Assembly (NCBI RefSeq): GCF_006381105.1
Contig: NZ_VDET01000002.1
Location: 965,578 to 1,029,577, forward strand
DNA length: 64,000 bases
Origin: Flavicella sediminum
GTDB taxonomy: Bacteria; Bacteroidota; Bacteroidia; Flavobacteriales; Flavobacteriaceae
Direction: 5' to 3'
This document shows positions 1-10,449 of the stretch, in pieces. The notes beneath the pieces were generated by a model. It was not told the origin of the DNA and did no database searches. It saw nothing but the letters and a program-made list of their open reading frames with translations. The position numbers and the translations under genes were made by a program. The stretch's first letter is position 1, and each line of letters starts with the position of its first letter.

Positions 1-2
1 TG

Positions 3-200
3 TATTCTGATTACCTAAACAAATATGGTAATGTTGATTTTGATTGGGAACTTCGCTTCGATTTAAAAGTAAACAAATATGTAAAAGCCAATGTGGGTAC
101 CCATATTCTTTATGATGATGATGTAAAAGACGAAGAAACTTCTTCCCCAAAAATTCAGTTAAAACAATTATTAGGGGTCGGACTTACCTATTCTTTTTAG
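3..200 (+). CDS. Partial CDS, C-terminal 65 codons of a probable outer-membrane beta-barrel protein; 5' end lies outside the window
   Basis: Open frame from the window edge to TAG at 198-200. Translation ends ...LKQLLGVGLTYSF with a terminal aromatic residue and alternating hydrophobic pattern typical of an OMP last beta-strand. Overlaps the convergent PorP/SprF stop by 4 bp. Confidence 0.35.
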   Translation, partial: YSDYLNKYGNVDFDWELRFDLKVNKYVKANVGTHILYDDDVKDEETSSPKIQLKQLLGVGLTYSF

Positions 201-1084
201 TTGAATTTGAATCGCAATACAAATTCATGTGTGCCGTTTGACACATTGCTAAAGTCTGAAGTTGCATATTCATAGGCGTAACCAAAATGCGTATTATCTA
301 GCAGCTTAAAAAACACAGAACCTATTATTGAAGTATCTACTCTATAGGTAATTCCTGCTTCCATCTTATTCATAAAAGCCACCGTTGCTGCCATATCAAT
401 CATTGGATCTATACCTTCCACAATTCTTGCAAAAACAGAAGGAATAAAATCAACATTTCTATTAATCGCAAATCGATAATCTCCTCCGAGATACACATGT
501 AATTTTTCTTTCACGGTAGATGAAGAATTTCCGGCTTCATCCAACAAAGGCTTCTGCACACCGCTTAACAATAAGTTTGGCGTAGATAGATGGATAGAAT
601 AGCGTTCTCCTTTTAAATAAGCTCCAAAACCTACCAATGGATTGAATTCACTTACGTTTTCACCGAATACATTGTCATTTTCAATACCCAAAGAATTAAA
701 ATCAATAGCATGCATTGCCCCCCCAACTTTCATCCCAAAAAACAAATTATCTGTTCTATTCAATTGCAATTTATAACTGATATCAATGGCAACATCCGTT
801 TGTTTTACAACATGAATTTTATCATTTACCACAGACAATCCAATTCCTAAATTATTTTTTAAAGCTTTAGAATACGACAGCATTTGTGTTACCGGATCAT
901 CCTGTAAACCCAAAGAGGCTTTTCTAAATCCGATATTTAATTCAGCAGTCTCACCTGCTCCTGCATAGGCCGGATTTAAAATATTCATATTGTATTTATA
1001 CGACAAAAAACTAGGTGCCGTTTCTTGCGCTATTGCGCCCAAAGAACACATGAATACTGCGAGAAGTAATTTATATTTTTTCAT
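197..1084 (-). CDS. PorP/SprF-family type IX secretion system membrane protein
   Basis: 295 aa with a signal peptide (MKKYKLLLAVFMCSLGAIAQ), a beta-barrel-like sequence and a C-terminal ...RFKFN ending in an aromatic. Sits immediately downstream (10-bp gap) of a T9SS type-B CTD cargo gene. This cargo + PorP/SprF pairing is the known arrangement, as in SprB-SprF. Confidence 0.7.
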   Translation of the reverse strand: MKKYKLLLAVFMCSLGAIAQETAPSFLSYKYNMNILNPAYAGAGETAELNIGFRKASLGLQDDPVTQMLSYSKALKNNLGIGLSVVNDKIHVVKQTDVAIDISYKLQLNRTDNLFFGMKVGGAMHAIDFNSLGIENDNVFGENVSEFNPLVGFGAYLKGERYSIHLSTPNLLLSGVQKPLLDEAGNSSSTVKEKLHVYLGGDYRFAINRNVDFIPSVFARIVEGIDPMIDMAATVAFMNKMEAGITYRVDTSIIGSVFFKLLDNTHFGYAYEYATSDFSNVSNGTHEFVLRFKFN

Positions 1085-1093
1085 TATAACTTT

Positions 1094-4000
1094 TTAGTAC
1101 TTAATATACAACCATCCTTTTTCTTGAAACACTTCAGGATAATAAGTGGCTACAGGATTTTTTGAATGAATTACATAAACATAGGAACCTACTGTTAATT
1201 TTTTAGCCGTCCCAACATTGGCAAATCCATCCCAACCAGTGCCATCCGTAAAAGGGTCTCCTTTATAAAGTAAATTGCCCGATTTATCTAAAATTTGTAA
1301 CATATTCTCTCCAAACATTTGAGCAATTTTCGTGTTTTGCCAAGTATCATTCACCCCATCGCCATTAGGAGAAAAACCTTTGGCCATCTCAATTACTGTA
1401 TCTATAACATCATCACAAACATCACCAATTCCATCCTCATCAACATCAATTTGTTTGGGGTTACTTGTCATTGGACAATTATCAACACTGTCTAAAACCC
1501 CATCATTATCATCGTCATCATCGCAAACATCTCCAGCGCCATCATTGTCGTTATCCTCTTGATTTTCATTTGCAATAAACACACAATTATCAACCGTATT
1601 TAAAATCCCATCATTATCGGTATCACCCGCATTTGAAGCAAATAAGCCTGTATACAAGCCTCTTCCAAAAGTAGCCGCTAAAACGGTATTGTCTTCTTTT
1701 CGAAGTTGTAAATCGTTCACTTTTACGTCACTCATACCATTGTATGTTTGCACCCAATTAGGTGTATCACTATCCCAGTTTCCTGTTTTCCAAACTCCTA
1801 ATTCTGTTGCTATAATAACTTCTTGAGCAACTTCTGGATTGCTAAGTATCGCTTTGACTGGAATGTCTGGGAAATCTCCTTCTTTATTTTGCCATGAACT
1901 ACCCGCATCATTAGAATACCAGATACTAACGACACCGTAATTATGAAAACTTACAAAAATTTCATTTTCATCAGCTCCAAATTCCACATCAGAAATACTT
2001 CCTAAAAACTCGGATCCTGTAATTTTTGTCCAACTGGCATTATTCCCATTTGCGTTTGTTATGATAAACAAATCTCCTGCCTCAGTTCCTACCAACATTT
2101 TTGTACTGGTGGTGGTATAGGGCGAAACTTTGATGGCCGTAGGCGCTGCTTTTAACAACGCATCTGTTAGCGTTGCTTTGGTAGCCGAACCGTTTGCTGA
2201 AATTGTTTTTAAATTAGAATAACGATACAAACGATAAATTTCGTTTTCAAAATCAGAACCATTGGTGTATAACAAATCTAAATTTGAATCTAGGTCGGCC
2301 TGATTGATAAAATCACCATCCGATTCCTCATCTTCATTAATCGTTCGCCAATCTTCTTTTGCGAAATCATAAAGACGTATGGCATCATTATAAACATAAG
2401 ACACAATCAAAAAATCTTCTCCTACTTGATCTACAAAACAGGCAGCTCCATCTCCTCCACTAATATCTACTGAACTAGCACTAGTAGAGTTTGCAAAATA
2501 CGGCGTCCCATTGTCCTGCGTACCTCCCATAAAATATTCTTCAGCAACACTTGGAGCAATAGCAGCCGTATAAAACTGGGTTACATTATAGTCGGATACC
2601 ATATGCGTAAACACCGTTGCACTTGTTGCGGCATTGTTTAAGGAAGACGCATAGTAGACACCTCCATCATTTCCGAAAATGGCTTGATTGCTATTGACAG
2701 GTCTAAAAACCATAGCATGCTGATCGGCATGTACTTCTGAAAAATTTCCAGAAACATTGCTGTTTCTTTTCGAAATTTGTGACCAACTAGTTCCATTATT
2801 CGAAGAACGAAACAAATTGATTCCGCCAACATAGACAATCGCATCATTTGTTGGGTCACATTCTATCATTAAATTATAAAACGACTGATTTCTTGTAAAA
2901 TCATCTGCTTCAATTCCATCATCAGAATCATTTGGCAGACTTAATTCAGTAGGATCTGTTTGAAAGCCATTGCTAGTGCTATAAATGATCGGTTTGTTTT
3001 CTGTAGTTTGTGCCAATACATACAACTTATTGCTATCCGTTTCAGAAACTTCAATTTCAGTTCTTATAGCATCTGCAATTCTTGTAACTTCTGTAAAATT
3101 ACTTCCATTTGTAGAGCTTAGAATCCCACCTCCAAGTTCTCCAAAATAATTACTTGTAGTACTTAGCCATATTTTATTGTCTGCTCCAATCTCAAAATCA
3201 TTTGGCTGTTGCGGACGATCATTAAACAAAGGTATAGTAGGTTTTGACCAACTAGTTCCTCCGTTGGTTGTTTTATAAACACCATAATCCGTAGGCTCTC
3301 CTAAAAATGTTGTTATAGCACCACCATACTGCCAAAAAGAAGCACCTACAGCTATAAAAACTTCCGTTTTATTACTGTTATTCCAGGCAATAATATCTTG
3401 AATAAAATATTCGCCTTCTACTATTTTCTGAGTTGCACCTCCTGAAACCGTTCCATAATCTGCTCCAAAAACACGTGACCAATTAACACCTCCATCTACA
3501 GATTTGTATACGCCGTTTCCGGTTACAGCCCCTTGTGTATAAAGTTCGCCCGTTCCTAAATAAAATATTTTAGAATCATTTGGATCAACCGTCATGCAAT
3601 TAACCGACATATTACTCGGCACATTGATGATGCGTGTCCATTTAGATGTTGTATTTGTAATGTCTTCATTGACCCATAAACCTCCACTAACACCACCAGC
3701 AAAAACACGTTTTCCAGTTGGATCATTCGGATCAAATAATAAACTACGTGTTCTACCTCCAACATTATTCGGACCTCTTTCTACCCAAGAATTTGCTTTA
3801 GAGTCGCCAGGAGTTTTCTCTTGCAAGCCTTTTCTTTTTTTACGAAGTTCTTTTTGTAATTGCAAGGTCTTTTCAGGCTCGGGCTTTCCGGTTTCAGGAT
3901 TTAAGGTCAATTCCCACTGACGCTCGTAATATTTATTTGGTGGTAGGCCTTTACTTCTACGCTCTTTTTTGCTAAGCTTTAAAACCTCTTTTACAGGACT

Positions 4001-4123
4001 ATTTTTTAAGAAAGTCATGTGTTTATTTCTAAGTTCAAGTATTGTAGTTTTAGAAGAAGTGGTATATATTTTAACAACTAAAAGCACTAGCAAGGCAAGA
4101 ACAACAACTACTATTTTTTTCAT
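1094..4123 (-). CDS. Secreted T9SS cargo protein with a BNR/Asp-box beta-propeller, thrombospondin type-3 Ca-binding repeats and a type-B (gliding-motility-associated) C-terminal sorting domain
   Basis: 1009 aa. N-terminal hydrophobic signal anchor. Several Asp-box motifs: SVDGGVNWS, TTNGGTSWS, SSNNGTSWS, SNDAGSSWQ. Acidic D-x-D-x-D-G repeats (DTDNDGILNTVDNC, DNDNDGAGDVCDDDDDNDGVLDSVDNCP, DVDEDGIGDVCDD). C-terminus carries FSPNGDGVNDTW and ends ...GWLYIKY, matching the TIGR04131-type CTD. Confidence 0.75.
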   Translation of the reverse strand: MKKIVVVVLALLVLLVVKIYTTSSKTTILELRNKHMTFLKNSPVKEVLKLSKKERRSKGLPPNKYYERQWELTLNPETGKPEPEKTLQLQKELRKKRKGLQEKTPGDSKANSWVERGPNNVGGRTRSLLFDPNDPTGKRVFAGGVSGGLWVNEDITNTTSKWTRIINVPSNMSVNCMTVDPNDSKIFYLGTGELYTQGAVTGNGVYKSVDGGVNWSRVFGADYGTVSGGATQKIVEGEYFIQDIIAWNNSNKTEVFIAVGASFWQYGGAITTFLGEPTDYGVYKTTNGGTSWSKPTIPLFNDRPQQPNDFEIGADNKIWLSTTSNYFGELGGGILSSTNGSNFTEVTRIADAIRTEIEVSETDSNKLYVLAQTTENKPIIYSTSNGFQTDPTELSLPNDSDDGIEADDFTRNQSFYNLMIECDPTNDAIVYVGGINLFRSSNNGTSWSQISKRNSNVSGNFSEVHADQHAMVFRPVNSNQAIFGNDGGVYYASSLNNAATSATVFTHMVSDYNVTQFYTAAIAPSVAEEYFMGGTQDNGTPYFANSTSASSVDISGGDGAACFVDQVGEDFLIVSYVYNDAIRLYDFAKEDWRTINEDEESDGDFINQADLDSNLDLLYTNGSDFENEIYRLYRYSNLKTISANGSATKATLTDALLKAAPTAIKVSPYTTTSTKMLVGTEAGDLFIITNANGNNASWTKITGSEFLGSISDVEFGADENEIFVSFHNYGVVSIWYSNDAGSSWQNKEGDFPDIPVKAILSNPEVAQEVIIATELGVWKTGNWDSDTPNWVQTYNGMSDVKVNDLQLRKEDNTVLAATFGRGLYTGLFASNAGDTDNDGILNTVDNCVFIANENQEDNDNDGAGDVCDDDDDNDGVLDSVDNCPMTSNPKQIDVDEDGIGDVCDDVIDTVIEMAKGFSPNGDGVNDTWQNTKIAQMFGENMLQILDKSGNLLYKGDPFTDGTGWDGFANVGTAKKLTVGSYVYVIHSKNPVATYYPEVFQEKGWLYIKY

Positions 4124-4212
4124 AAACTTTAAATGACTTTACCTCACAATATACAATCCTTTTTCCCTACGACACTATTTCCCTTTAATTTTCTAAAAAA
4201 GAGACGGAAACA

Positions 4213-5553
4213 CTACATCATAAACCCATTAATTTTTTTATGAGTAAGAATGGCATAGCTATCCGACATACTTGCCACATGCCCGCAAACCATCATAATT
4301 CTTTGATACAAACTGGCCCTATCATTGATACAATTGTCTGGCAATAATTTAAAAATCAACTTGTCGTAATTAGAAGCGTTGTTTGTGTATTTATTATTTA
4401 CAGCATTGATAAAAACATCTAGCAAGTCGGCAATAATTTTATAACCCGCTACTTCTTTTTCAACAACGGTTTGGCTGTTGTATATTTTAGCGATACTAAT
4501 TTGAATAATATCATTTATCTGTGCTTCATATGCACATTTATCTAGCAAAGCAATTCCATAGTCACCCGACAAAATAGCTGCTTCATTTTTTAAGAAAACA
4601 TCAGCCGCCTCATTAATTAATGTACCAATAGCCAAGGCTCTTAAATAGCTAACACGGTCAGTTTTTGTTTTAAGCGTATGGTATTTTTTAGTGTCGATTG
4701 TATTTTTAACCAATTTGATCAGGTATTCCAAAGCAAATTCTTCTTCAATCAAACCTAAATTAATTCCATCTTCAAAATCGATAATTGTATAACAAATATC
4801 ATCAGCAGCTTCCACTAAAAACGACAAAGGATGACGGTTAAAAGCAATATCTTCTCCTGTTCTCATCGGTTTTAAACCTAGATCAGAAGCAACTTCTTTA
4901 AAAAAATCTTTTTCACCTTGAAAAAAACCAAATTTCTTATCGACAATATGAGGAGTTGGTTTTTTAGGAAGCGATTCTTTTGGGTATTTCATAAATGCGC
5001 CCAAAGTAGCATAAGACAATCTTAAACCACTTGTTGTACCATGATTTCCTTCTGTTAAAATTTTAAAACCGTTGGCATTTCCTTCAAAATCAATAAAATC
5101 TTGCCATTCTTTAGCCGTTAAATTCTCTTTAAACTGCAATCCCTTTCCTGATTTAAAATACTCGCCAATTGCTTTTTCTCCACTATGACCAAAAGGAGGA
5201 TTTCCGATATCATGCGACAAAGCAGCTGCCGCCACAATAGCACCAAAATCGTTAAACGTATAGCCTAAGTTTTTTAAATTTGGATACTTTTCAATAATTT
5301 TTTGACCTACAATTCTTCCCAGAGACCTACCTACCACAGAGACTTCCATACTATGCGTTAAACGAGTATGCACAAAATCGGTTTGAGAAAGCGGAATTAC
5401 CTGTGTTTTATCTTGTAGACTTCTAAAAGAAGAAGAAAAAACAATCCGATCAAAATCTACTTCAAAACCTAAACGTGTTTCATTTTGATCTTTTCTTAAC
5501 CGTTGCTCTTTATCTCCTGCTCTTCTTAATGAAAGTAATTGTTCCCAATTCAT
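4213..5553 (-). CDS. dgt: dGTP triphosphohydrolase (HD-domain dGTPase)
   Basis: 446 aa with HD motifs: RLTHSMEVSVVGRSLG and ALSHDIGNPPFGHSGE. Confidence 0.85.
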   Translation of the reverse strand: MNWEQLLSLRRAGDKEQRLRKDQNETRLGFEVDFDRIVFSSSFRSLQDKTQVIPLSQTDFVHTRLTHSMEVSVVGRSLGRIVGQKIIEKYPNLKNLGYTFNDFGAIVAAAALSHDIGNPPFGHSGEKAIGEYFKSGKGLQFKENLTAKEWQDFIDFEGNANGFKILTEGNHGTTSGLRLSYATLGAFMKYPKESLPKKPTPHIVDKKFGFFQGEKDFFKEVASDLGLKPMRTGEDIAFNRHPLSFLVEAADDICYTIIDFEDGINLGLIEEEFALEYLIKLVKNTIDTKKYHTLKTKTDRVSYLRALAIGTLINEAADVFLKNEAAILSGDYGIALLDKCAYEAQINDIIQISIAKIYNSQTVVEKEVAGYKIIADLLDVFINAVNNKYTNNASNYDKLIFKLLPDNCINDRASLYQRIMMVCGHVASMSDSYAILTHKKINGFMM

Positions 5554-5741
5554 TCTTGGTCAAATTTTTATTTTGTTAATGCATGGCAATATACAATTTT
5601 ACGCGCTTTCTATATTTTTTTACCCGTGCAATTACTCCAATAAATAAATCTTATTTTTGCCGCTAAATGTTTTATGAAATCGTTTTCTTAGATAATAATA
5701 ATTCATGACAAGTATCAAGTTCCTGAAGTATCTAATTAAAT

Positions 5742-5749
5742 ATCTTTGC
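5742..5749 (+). promoter_or_regulatory. Candidate Bacteroidota -7 promoter box (TATCTTTG) for the porin gene
   Basis: Matches the TAnnTTTG consensus. Lies 18 nt upstream of the ATG at 5767. Confidence 0.35.
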
Positions 5750-5766
5750 CCCAAAAAGAACAACTT

Positions 5767-6987
5767 ATGCGCTTATCAAAATTAATTTTATTTACCGCTT
5801 CAATTATTTTATTTGGAAATAGTTACGCACAACAAAAACAAGAACCCACAAAAATAAATTGGAAAAGTGGCCTAACTTTACAGTCGGCTGACAACAATTT
5901 TAAAGTGAAAATTGGCGGTAGAATTCAGTACGACCATGCTTTTTTCTCTCAAAATAACGAACTAGAACAAGCGACCGCACCTTTAATGACCAAAAATGGA
6001 ACTCAATTTAGACGTGTATGGCTTTCAAACACAGGAACCATTTATGGCAATGTAGATTTTGGTTTGTATGTAGCCTTTGAAAATGGTAGAGTTGGCCTTA
6101 GAGGTGCGTATGTTGGTGTAAAAGACATTCCTGTTTTAGGAAGTATACGAGTGGGACAACTAAAAGAACCTTTGCGTTTGGAGGTTTCTACCAGTAGCAA
6201 ACATACCTTATTTATGGAACGTTCTTTTTCTGTAGATTTTGCTCCTATATTTAACAGTGGTATTTTGATTAACAACGACTTTTTAAACAAAAAACTATCC
6301 GCACAATTTGGATTGTTTAGAAATGCCGATTTAAACAAGGCCAATGATATTGCTGCCAATGAGGGGTATAATATTACTCAAAGAATTACAGGACTACCTA
6401 TAAAAACAGAAAATTCATTTTTACACATTGGTGGAAGTTACAGTTATAGAAAGCCAAATTCAGGAACCTATCAACTTCGGTCTAGACCAGAATCGAATTT
6501 AACAGAAGTACGCTATGTAGATACAGAGTTAATAGAAAACGTTGACCATAGTAATTTGGTAAATATAGAAGCCTTATATGGTATTGGTGCCTTTAATATT
6601 CAAAGTGAATATTTAGTTTCTAATGTTAAAAGAACAACTGGTATTGCAGCAGAAGATTTAAATTTCTCTACTTTTTATGCACAAATGAGTTATTGCTTAA
6701 CAGGAGAAAAAAGAAGCTATAAAAGTTCCTTAGCGGGAATAGGCTCTGTAAAACCGAATCGTAATTTTGGAAAAAACAGTCCGGGAGCTTGGGAAGTCGC
6801 TGCAAAATATTCTACCGTAAACTTAAATGACGGAGCCATTGCTGGAGGAAAAGAAAACAATTTACAATTGGGTTTGAATTGGTATTTAAATCCGTTGACA
6901 AAAGTGATGATGAACCACGTATGGGCGGAGATGGAAAACCAAGGAAAATTAAACGTATTCCAAGTTCGTTTTCAAATAGGCTTTTAA
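5767..6987 (+). CDS. Outer-membrane porin, possibly phosphate-selective porin O/P-like
   Basis: Signal peptide MRLSKLILFTASIILFGNSYAQQ, beta-rich body, C-terminal ...FQVRFQIGF. The track start at 5746 is a TTG. The ATG at 5767 sits just downstream of a TAnnTTTG box, so I use it. Confidence 0.5.
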   Translation: MRLSKLILFTASIILFGNSYAQQKQEPTKINWKSGLTLQSADNNFKVKIGGRIQYDHAFFSQNNELEQATAPLMTKNGTQFRRVWLSNTGTIYGNVDFGLYVAFENGRVGLRGAYVGVKDIPVLGSIRVGQLKEPLRLEVSTSSKHTLFMERSFSVDFAPIFNSGILINNDFLNKKLSAQFGLFRNADLNKANDIAANEGYNITQRITGLPIKTENSFLHIGGSYSYRKPNSGTYQLRSRPESNLTEVRYVDTELIENVDHSNLVNIEALYGIGAFNIQSEYLVSNVKRTTGIAAEDLNFSTFYAQMSYCLTGEKRSYKSSLAGIGSVKPNRNFGKNSPGAWEVAAKYSTVNLNDGAIAGGKENNLQLGLNWYLNPLTKVMMNHVWAEMENQGKLNVFQVRFQIGF

Positions 6988-7011
6988 CAAAACAGCTTTA
7001 CTTTAAGACCT

Positions 7012-7073
7012 AAAAAAAAAAGGAACTCAAAAATGAGTTCCTTTTTTTATGCTTTCTTTTAAGTTGTCTTCAA
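7012..7073. repeat. Copy 1 of a ~60-bp direct repeat containing a bidirectional intrinsic terminator
   Basis: A9 run, then GGAACTCA-aaaa-TGAGTTCC stem-loop at 7022-7041, then T7 and ATGCTTTCTTTTAAGTTGTCTTCAA. Near-identical to 7814-7875. Confidence 0.7.
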
Positions 7074-7121
7074 AATACTAATTTTCTTCAGAGTGTTATT
7101 CCGTGCTCGTACTCATGAACT

Positions 7122-7379
7122 TTAATCATAATGAAATCTACATTTTAAAATTCTGATTTCATCCTCTGATACCTGATAAATTAATCGATGTTCTCCATCT
7201 ATTCTTCTTGACCAAAACCCTCTGTAATTATGTTTTAACGCTTCTGGTTTTCCGACTCCTTCGTAAGGTTGTCTAGAAATATTTTTGAGCAATAAATTAA
7301 TCCTTTTCAGCATTTTTTTATCAATTTTCTGCCAATAGAGATAATCTTCCCATGATTCATCTACAAATACGTATTTCAT
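7122..7379 (-). CDS. yoeB: Type II toxin YoeB (Txe/YoeB mRNA interferase)
   Basis: 85 aa, ...SWEDYLYWQ...GVGKPEALKH...GFWSRRIDGEHRLIYQV...RFHY. Close to E. coli YoeB along its whole length. ATGA overlap with the upstream antitoxin gene. Confidence 0.85.
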   Translation of the reverse strand: MKYVFVDESWEDYLYWQKIDKKMLKRINLLLKNISRQPYEGVGKPEALKHNYRGFWSRRIDGEHRLIYQVSEDEIRILKCRFHYD

Positions 7380-7630
7380 TCTTCAAGAAGCTTTTTTTCA
7401 AATGAATTATGCTCCTTAAATTTTTTAACAGCGGCATCAAGTCTCGTTCTATTTTTCTCCGATGACAATTCATGTTGCGTTGTATTTAGTGCGTTGTATT
7501 CTTCCAATGAAATGACAACCACACCAGAGTTTTTCCCTCTGTTAATAATCAATGTTTCAAAATTATCAGTGACTCTGCTTAGATACGATTTAATGTCTTT
7601 TCTAAAATCTGTTATTGTCGTAGTTATCAT
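7376..7630 (-). CDS. yefM: Type II antitoxin YefM/Phd family
   Basis: 84 aa from the internal ATG at 7628-7630 (MITTTITDFRKDIKSYL...LIINRGKNSGVVVISLEEYNAL), a Phd/YefM fold signature. Stop overlaps the yoeB start as ATGA. The track ORF begins at an upstream alternative start. Confidence 0.75.
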   Translation of the reverse strand: MITTTITDFRKDIKSYLSRVTDNFETLIINRGKNSGVVVISLEEYNALNTTQHELSSEKNRTRLDAAVKKFKEHNSFEKKLLEE

Positions 7631-7813
7631 AACTTTGTGTTTTATTCTGTACAAAATTACGTACAAAAAACAATAATACAAAATTATCTGACTTTTATTA
7701 AATGAACTAGAATGATCCTAAGCTGATACTAATCAAGGATTCACATATAAAAAATTACCCATAAAAGTGATTACTGATTACTTTTCCATAGCCTGTAATT
7801 AGCGTTAACAACT

Positions 7814-7875
7814 AAAAAAAGGAACTCAAAAATGAGTTCCTTTTTTTTATGCTTTCTTTTAAGTAGTCTTCAACA
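7814..7875. repeat. Copy 2 of the ~60-bp terminator-containing direct repeat
   Basis: A7, then GGAACTCA-aaaa-TGAGTTCC at 7821-7840, then T8 and ATGCTTTCTTTTAAGTAGTCTTCAA. Lies 28 bp beyond the nrdA stop. Confidence 0.7.
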
Positions 7876-7902
7876 AACTAGGCTATCAAATGAAATTTAT
7901 AG

Positions 7903-10317
7903 TTACGATCCACACATTTCACAATCATCAGGATTGTTTTGAGATTGTAGAATCATTTCCTTTAATTCTGCAGCAGACATGGGTGCATCTTGAACAGCTT
8001 CAGCAGCGGCCCCTTCTTTCAATACTGCTTTTTTATCGTTAGATAAAGAGAACTTAATGGCATTTACTGCCGATTTAGTTCTTAGGTAATACATTCCTGT
8101 TTTTAAACCAGACTTCCAAGCATAGAAATGCATCGATGTCAATTTAGAATAATCAGGATCTTCCATAAACAAGTTCAATGATTGAGACTGATCGATAAAG
8201 TATCCTCTTTGACGAGACATATCAATAATATCTTTCATACTCAATTCCCAAACTGTTTTGTACAAATCTTTTAAGTCTTGAGGAATAATATCAATATGCT
8301 GAATAGAACCATTGGCTCTCATGATATCTTCTTTCATGTTATTGTCCCATAGGTTCAAGGCCAATAAATCTTCCAACAAGTGTTTGTTTACAACGATAAA
8401 CTCACCAGACAATACTCTACGTGTATAAATATTAGATGTATATGGTTCAAAAGCTTCATTGTTTCCAAGAATTTGAGATGTAGATGCTGTTGGCATTGGT
8501 GCCATTAATAAAGAGTTACGCACTCCATTTTTAGCCACATCTTTACGTAATTTTTTCCAATCCCAAGTTCCACTTAAATCGTCTTCAGAAACACCCCACA
8601 TATTAAACTGGAATTCTCCTTGAGACATTGGTGAACCTTCATAGGTAGAATACGTTCCTTTTGCTTTGGCAACTTCCATAGAAGAAGTCACAGAAGCAAA
8701 ATACAAAGTTTCAAAAATATCTTGATTCAATTTTTTAGCTTCATCAGAAGTAAAAGGCATACGTAACAAAATAAAAGCATCTGCCAAACCTTGTACACCT
8801 AATCCAACAGGTCTATGACGCATGTTAGAATTTTCAGCTTCTTTAACTGGGTAGTAATTACGATCAATTACTGTATCTAAATTACGAATCACTTTTTTAG
8901 TAACATCGTATAATTTTTTATGGTTGAAATACTTCACGCCATCAGCTCCTTCAGAAACAAACATAGGAAGTGAAATAGAAGCTAGGTTACATACAGCAAC
9001 TTCATCTTTCGCAGTATATTCCATAATTTCCGTACATAAATTTGAAGAACGAATGGTTCCTAAATTCTTTTGATTCGACTTTCTATTAGCCGCATCTTTG
9101 TACAACATATACGGATTTCCTGTTTCAATTTGTGCTTCTAAGATTTTCTCCCAAAGATCACGAGCCTTAATGGTTTTACGTCCTTTATTTCTTGCTTCAT
9201 AGCTTTCGTAAAGCTCTTCAAACTCGTCTCCATAAACGTCAAATAAACCAGGACATTCGTTAGGACACATCAAAGTCCAAATTCCATCTTGCTCAACACG
9301 TTTCATAAATAAATCTGGCATCCACAACGCCAAGAACAAATCACGAGCACGTTTTTCTTCAGCTCCTGTATTTTTTCTTAAGTCTAAAAAGTCGAATACA
9401 TCAGCATGCCAAGGTTCTAAATAAATAGCGAAAGAACCCTTACGTTTTCCTCCACCTTGATCTACGTAACGAGCGGTGTCATTGTATACTTTTAACATTG
9501 GAATAATTCCATTAGAAGTACCATTTGTTCCTCTAATATAAGAACCTGTAGCTCTAACATTATGAGCAGACAAACCAATTCCACCTGCAGATTGAGAAAT
9601 TTTAGCTGTTTGTTTTAAAGTATCATAAATACCATCAATACTATCGTCTTGCATTTGCAATAAGAAACAAGAAGACATTTGAGGTTTTGGCGTTCCAGAG
9701 TTGAACAAGGTAGGTGTAGCATGTGTAAAATATTTTTTACTCATCAACTCATAGGTTTCAACAGCCGCATCCAAATCGTCCATATGAATTCCAATAGCCA
9801 CACGCATTAACATGTGCTGTGGACGTTCTGCTATTTCTCCGTTCAATTTTAACAAATAAGAACGCTCTAAAGTTTTAAACCCGAAATAATCGTAGTTAAA
9901 ATCTCTATTGTATATAAGTGTAGAATCTAAGAAATCTGCATTTTTCTTGATGATATTGTACACTTCATCCGATAACAAAGGCGCTTTTTGACCTGTACGA
10001 GGATTTATATAAGTATACAAATCGTCCATTACTTCAGAAAAAACCTTTTTCGTGTTTTTGTGTAAATTTGATACAGAAATACGAGCCGCTAACCTAGCAT
10101 AGTCAGGATGCGTAGTTGTCATAGTCGCTGCAATTTCTGAAGCTAAATTATCTAATTCAGAAGTTGTCACACCATCGTACAATCCTTCAATTACGCGCAT
10201 GGCAACTTTTACAGGATCTACTAAAGGATTCAATCCATAACAAATTTTTCTAATCCTCGCGGTAATTTTATCAAACATCACTGGCTCTTTCTTGCCATCT
10301 CTTTTTACTACAAACAT
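7903..10317 (-). CDS. nrdA: Class Ia ribonucleoside-diphosphate reductase alpha subunit
   Basis: 804 aa with an ATP-cone N-terminus ([20 protein letters not shown]), the catalytic core motifs and the C-terminal redox-active cysteine pair (...CEMCGS). Confidence 0.95.
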   Translation of the reverse strand: MFVVKRDGKKEPVMFDKITARIRKICYGLNPLVDPVKVAMRVIEGLYDGVTTSELDNLASEIAATMTTTHPDYARLAARISVSNLHKNTKKVFSEVMDDLYTYINPRTGQKAPLLSDEVYNIIKKNADFLDSTLIYNRDFNYDYFGFKTLERSYLLKLNGEIAERPQHMLMRVAIGIHMDDLDAAVETYELMSKKYFTHATPTLFNSGTPKPQMSSCFLLQMQDDSIDGIYDTLKQTAKISQSAGGIGLSAHNVRATGSYIRGTNGTSNGIIPMLKVYNDTARYVDQGGGKRKGSFAIYLEPWHADVFDFLDLRKNTGAEEKRARDLFLALWMPDLFMKRVEQDGIWTLMCPNECPGLFDVYGDEFEELYESYEARNKGRKTIKARDLWEKILEAQIETGNPYMLYKDAANRKSNQKNLGTIRSSNLCTEIMEYTAKDEVAVCNLASISLPMFVSEGADGVKYFNHKKLYDVTKKVIRNLDTVIDRNYYPVKEAENSNMRHRPVGLGVQGLADAFILLRMPFTSDEAKKLNQDIFETLYFASVTSSMEVAKAKGTYSTYEGSPMSQGEFQFNMWGVSEDDLSGTWDWKKLRKDVAKNGVRNSLLMAPMPTASTSQILGNNEAFEPYTSNIYTRRVLSGEFIVVNKHLLEDLLALNLWDNNMKEDIMRANGSIQHIDIIPQDLKDLYKTVWELSMKDIIDMSRQRGYFIDQSQSLNLFMEDPDYSKLTSMHFYAWKSGLKTGMYYLRTKSAVNAIKFSLSNDKKAVLKEGAAAEAVQDAPMSAAELKEMILQSQNNPDDCEMCGS

Positions 10318-10449
10318 AAGTTCTCTGGTTTTGCGGTTAATCGTATTATTTGGGGGTAAAAGTCCCCATTTCAGTCAATTTAAAACTGACGTGAGTGCTT
10401 TTACTTAGTAGATCTTAATCATTTAAGACCTTAAAAATTATTTAATCGT

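Noticed and set aside
1332-1562. 76-aa S/T/P-rich ORF on the + strand
   Set aside because: It lies antisense to the Asp-rich thrombospondin-3 repeats of the T9SS cargo gene. Its low-complexity composition is a mirror artefact of GAY codon repeats.
5746-5766. Upstream TTG start for the porin
   Set aside because: The TTG sits inside the TAnnTTTG -7 box itself. The ATG at 5767 gives a canonical signal peptide.
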